A stretch of 63,864 nt of DNA, filler included, from Dugesia japonica (lineage: Eukaryota): the NCBI GenBank assembly GCA_001938525.1. It is 5 parts of 5 records of this genome, joined end to end, with 100 filler letters (N's around TTAATTAATTAA, not from the genome) between each part and the next. Parts side by side here need not be neighbours in the genome. Positions count along the whole stretch, not along the records: positions 55,256 to 63,864 come from MQRL01517501.1; 4 more parts are not named here. One strand, given 5' to 3'. A program made the position numbers and the translations under genes. Every line of letters starts with the position of its first letter. The stretch's first letter is position 1. This document shows positions 61,261 to 63,864 of the stretch, piece after piece. The notes beneath the pieces were generated by a model. That model saw only the letters and a program-made list of their open reading frames with translations, was not told the origin of the DNA and did no database searches.

Positions 61261-62519
61261 AGATTATAATTACCAGTATTTTTACTAGAAAACTCAAACA
61301 TACGAGCACATATGCGACCAGTATTTTATTAGTCGCATTTGTGTTCGTCAAACAGATTTGAAAATTTATATTATCATCTGAAATAGAAGAATCGTGAATT
61401 AAATAAAATTGTAAAATGCAGACATAATAAATAACTTAATAAAGGGAGAAATTGAGATGGAAATATTTTCGGTAAAATAAATGAGTATTAAAACAAAAAT
61501 AGAAGAGCGAAAGCGAGTTAAATGCTAAATCAATGGATTGTGTTATAACTGGAATGAAAAAGGTAGTATTTTATAAATAAATTATAAAAAAGTTAAGATA
61601 GAAAATATTATGATAGAATAAAAATTTAAAAGTAGAAAGATAAAATTAAACGAATTATTAATATTATAACAAGTACAATTTCCAATAGTGTAAAATTAGA
61701 GTAATTTCCGCTCATTATAATGTAAAAATTAACAGACATAAATTAAAAATAAACATTAATTTTGTAATGTAGAATTAAATGATTATTATTATTAAAATTG
61801 TTACTAAATGTTGTTTTATAAGAAATTTTAAATATTTCAAATAATTTCAGAATTTAAATTAAAAGCATTAATATTGTTATCAAATTATTATTATTTTTTT
61901 GTATTGCTATTTATTATTTGGGATGATAATATTATTAGTTACATTTTCAAAGGTCACAATGGTGACATTCAAAATGAAAAGTAGTACAAGTAAAATCTTG
62001 TAATAAAAAGTTTAAAAACATAAATGCAAGCATGAACTAGTAATATCTGCAACTCCACCACTAGATGTAATAAGAAAACTTTTGTTATGAGTGCTAGTAT
62101 AAACTGGTGTAACTCTACAAATACACATAAAAGCTATTGTTGCAGAATAAGAAATAAATACAAGTACAAACATGATGGTGTTGTCTGAAAGTATAGCAGT
62201 GAAAGAAACCATTGTAATAGATAACAAGACCAGTCCAAATTGGCAGCAAAAAATCATCAGTATGGGTGACGACCACAGATCTACCGTACATCAAATAGAA
62301 AAACTGTTATAAAAACAGCAATCAATGTTATCAAAATAATCTCTCAAAAAAATTATGATTTTGTTGTTTAAATTACAGAAGAATGGAATGGTTAAAGAAG
62401 TGGAAGGCATTTTGAAGAATATGAGAGTTACAGTGATTAATATTTTGTTCAAATATTATTAGAAATTGTTGTAATTTTGATTTTTTAACACATATTGTTT
62501 TAATACATATATTGTATTA

Positions 62520-63055
62520 AAATGAAGTCTGATTTTGAAAGTAACGTAACTTTCTCTAAAGGAGAATTAGTATTTTGTATTCTAGGATAAATATTTAAAT
62601 ACAATTCTTTTCGAGTAGCAATTATTTAGGAATGTATATTTTATCAACTTGAGAGAAATCAATTTTATTTCTTCATTTGTAGATGTCATTTAGCTCATAT
62701 TATTTCTCCATCAATTATACTAATTTTCTATCTGATGACCGTTTTACTACTCTAAGGTAATATGTCCACTGTGAAATGGCTTATTATAATATTGCGTTGA
62801 TAATATTTCACCTTCAACTGCCTTCTCTAAAACGAATTTAATGTTACCCTTAATACTATTGGCTAATTCCAAAACGTTCTCTAAAGGATAATTAGTATTT
62901 TATATTCTAGGATAAATATTTTCATATAATTCTAATCAGGTAGCAATTATTTAGGAATTTATTTTTTATCAACTTGAGAGAAATCAATTTCCTTTCTTCT
63001 TTTGAAGATGTCTCTCAGCTCATATTATTTCACCCTCGATTATTCTAATTTATTT
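62520..63055 (-). mobile_element. Penelope-like RT fragment between ~180-bp direct repeats
   Basis: Repeats 62550-62728 / 62876-63052; minus strand NVLELANSIKGNIKFVLEKAVEGEI..TQYYNKPFHSGHI. Confidence 0.55.
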
Positions 63056-63559
63056 TGCGTGTGTTTATTACAAACTTAATAAAACTTCCAAATAATTAAC
63101 TTTTAATTGAACTAACGAATATTTTTTTTCTATGATTCAATCTCGAAAATCTCTATTTAAATAAATATCATTTTCAATACGAATATTGCTTTAAATTACA
63201 TAAATTGATTTAATGGGAAAGCGATCATGTGTTCTTTGAATAANNNNNNNNNNNNNNNNNNNNNNNNNNNNNNNNNNNNNNNNNNNNNNNNNNNNNNNNN
63301 NNNNNNNNNNNNNNNNNNNNNNNNNNNNNNNNNNNNNNNNNNNNNNNNNNNNNNNNNNNNNNNNNNNNNNNNNNTTTAATTTTCATTTAAGTCCACAAAA
63401 ACTATCATCATATTAAACCTTATTATTTTGCTTGAAACTGGAATATTTCAATGTAGTTGATATTTCATTTAATGAAATCTTTCAATTAATAATATATTAC
63501 ACATTTATACCCTAAACATGTCAATTACCCAGTTAAATGTATGAATGCTATCACGAAGG

Positions 63560-63864
63560 AGATTGAAGCAGTTTGCAATTGACATGGCAATGCAATTAAA
63601 TGTTCTAAAAGAAGTAGTTCTTCGTTATATAAACACCTCAAAAGCAAGCACGGAAGTGATGTTACAATGAATCTAAGCACTGAAACTTCAAGATAAAAGT
63701 CAAGGCAATTTTGGATTATGTTGAAAGAAAAATATTCAATGAAATCGTATTATATCTCCTAGCTGATGGAATTTCAATTAGAGCAATCAAACACAGTCAT
63801 TGTATTCGTTCTTCCATAAAAAGAGATGAATTTTATTTTTTAGTAAATGAAACTAATTTAATAA
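63560..63864 (+). mobile_element. hAT transposase N-terminal remnant (BED zinc finger)
   Basis: EAVCN*..IKCSKRSSSSLYKHLKSKH; ADGISIRAI. Confidence 0.6.

Overview
Very AT-rich eukaryotic (metazoan) DNA with spliceosomal introns and dense transposon debris. It looks planarian/flatworm-like, but that is inference. Four identical 100-bp linkers (N44-TTAATTAATTAA-N44) split the window into five assembly segments, so adjacency across them is uncertain. Host genes are the last three exons of a TTLL5-type tubulin polyglutamylase (589-6728) and an intact FHA+PHD (TCF19-like) ORF (11368-12609). The main feature is an ~11-kb decayed Polinton/Maverick (adintovirus-like) endogenous virus at 27996-39082. 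It carries a parvovirus-VP1u-like phospholipase A2, an integrase remnant, a packaging ATPase, a GG|F core protein, a minor capsid (penton), an adenain protease and a protein-primed PolB; no major capsid is visible. Each of its TIRs contains a second, inverted copy of the 24-bp terminus, and most of its ORFs share a TAAATAAAATG start motif. A second Polinton lineage is present as an ATPase cluster (7288-8863) plus several AGTAGG-type termini. Also present: Penelope-like remnants with minimal hammerhead ribozyme motifs, a hAT element holding nested Gypsy and Tc1 insertions, several mariners, a probable Ulp1-bearing NeSL-type LINE fragment, and an orphan spliced coiled-coil ORF pair. All calls come from manual motif reading; no searches were run.
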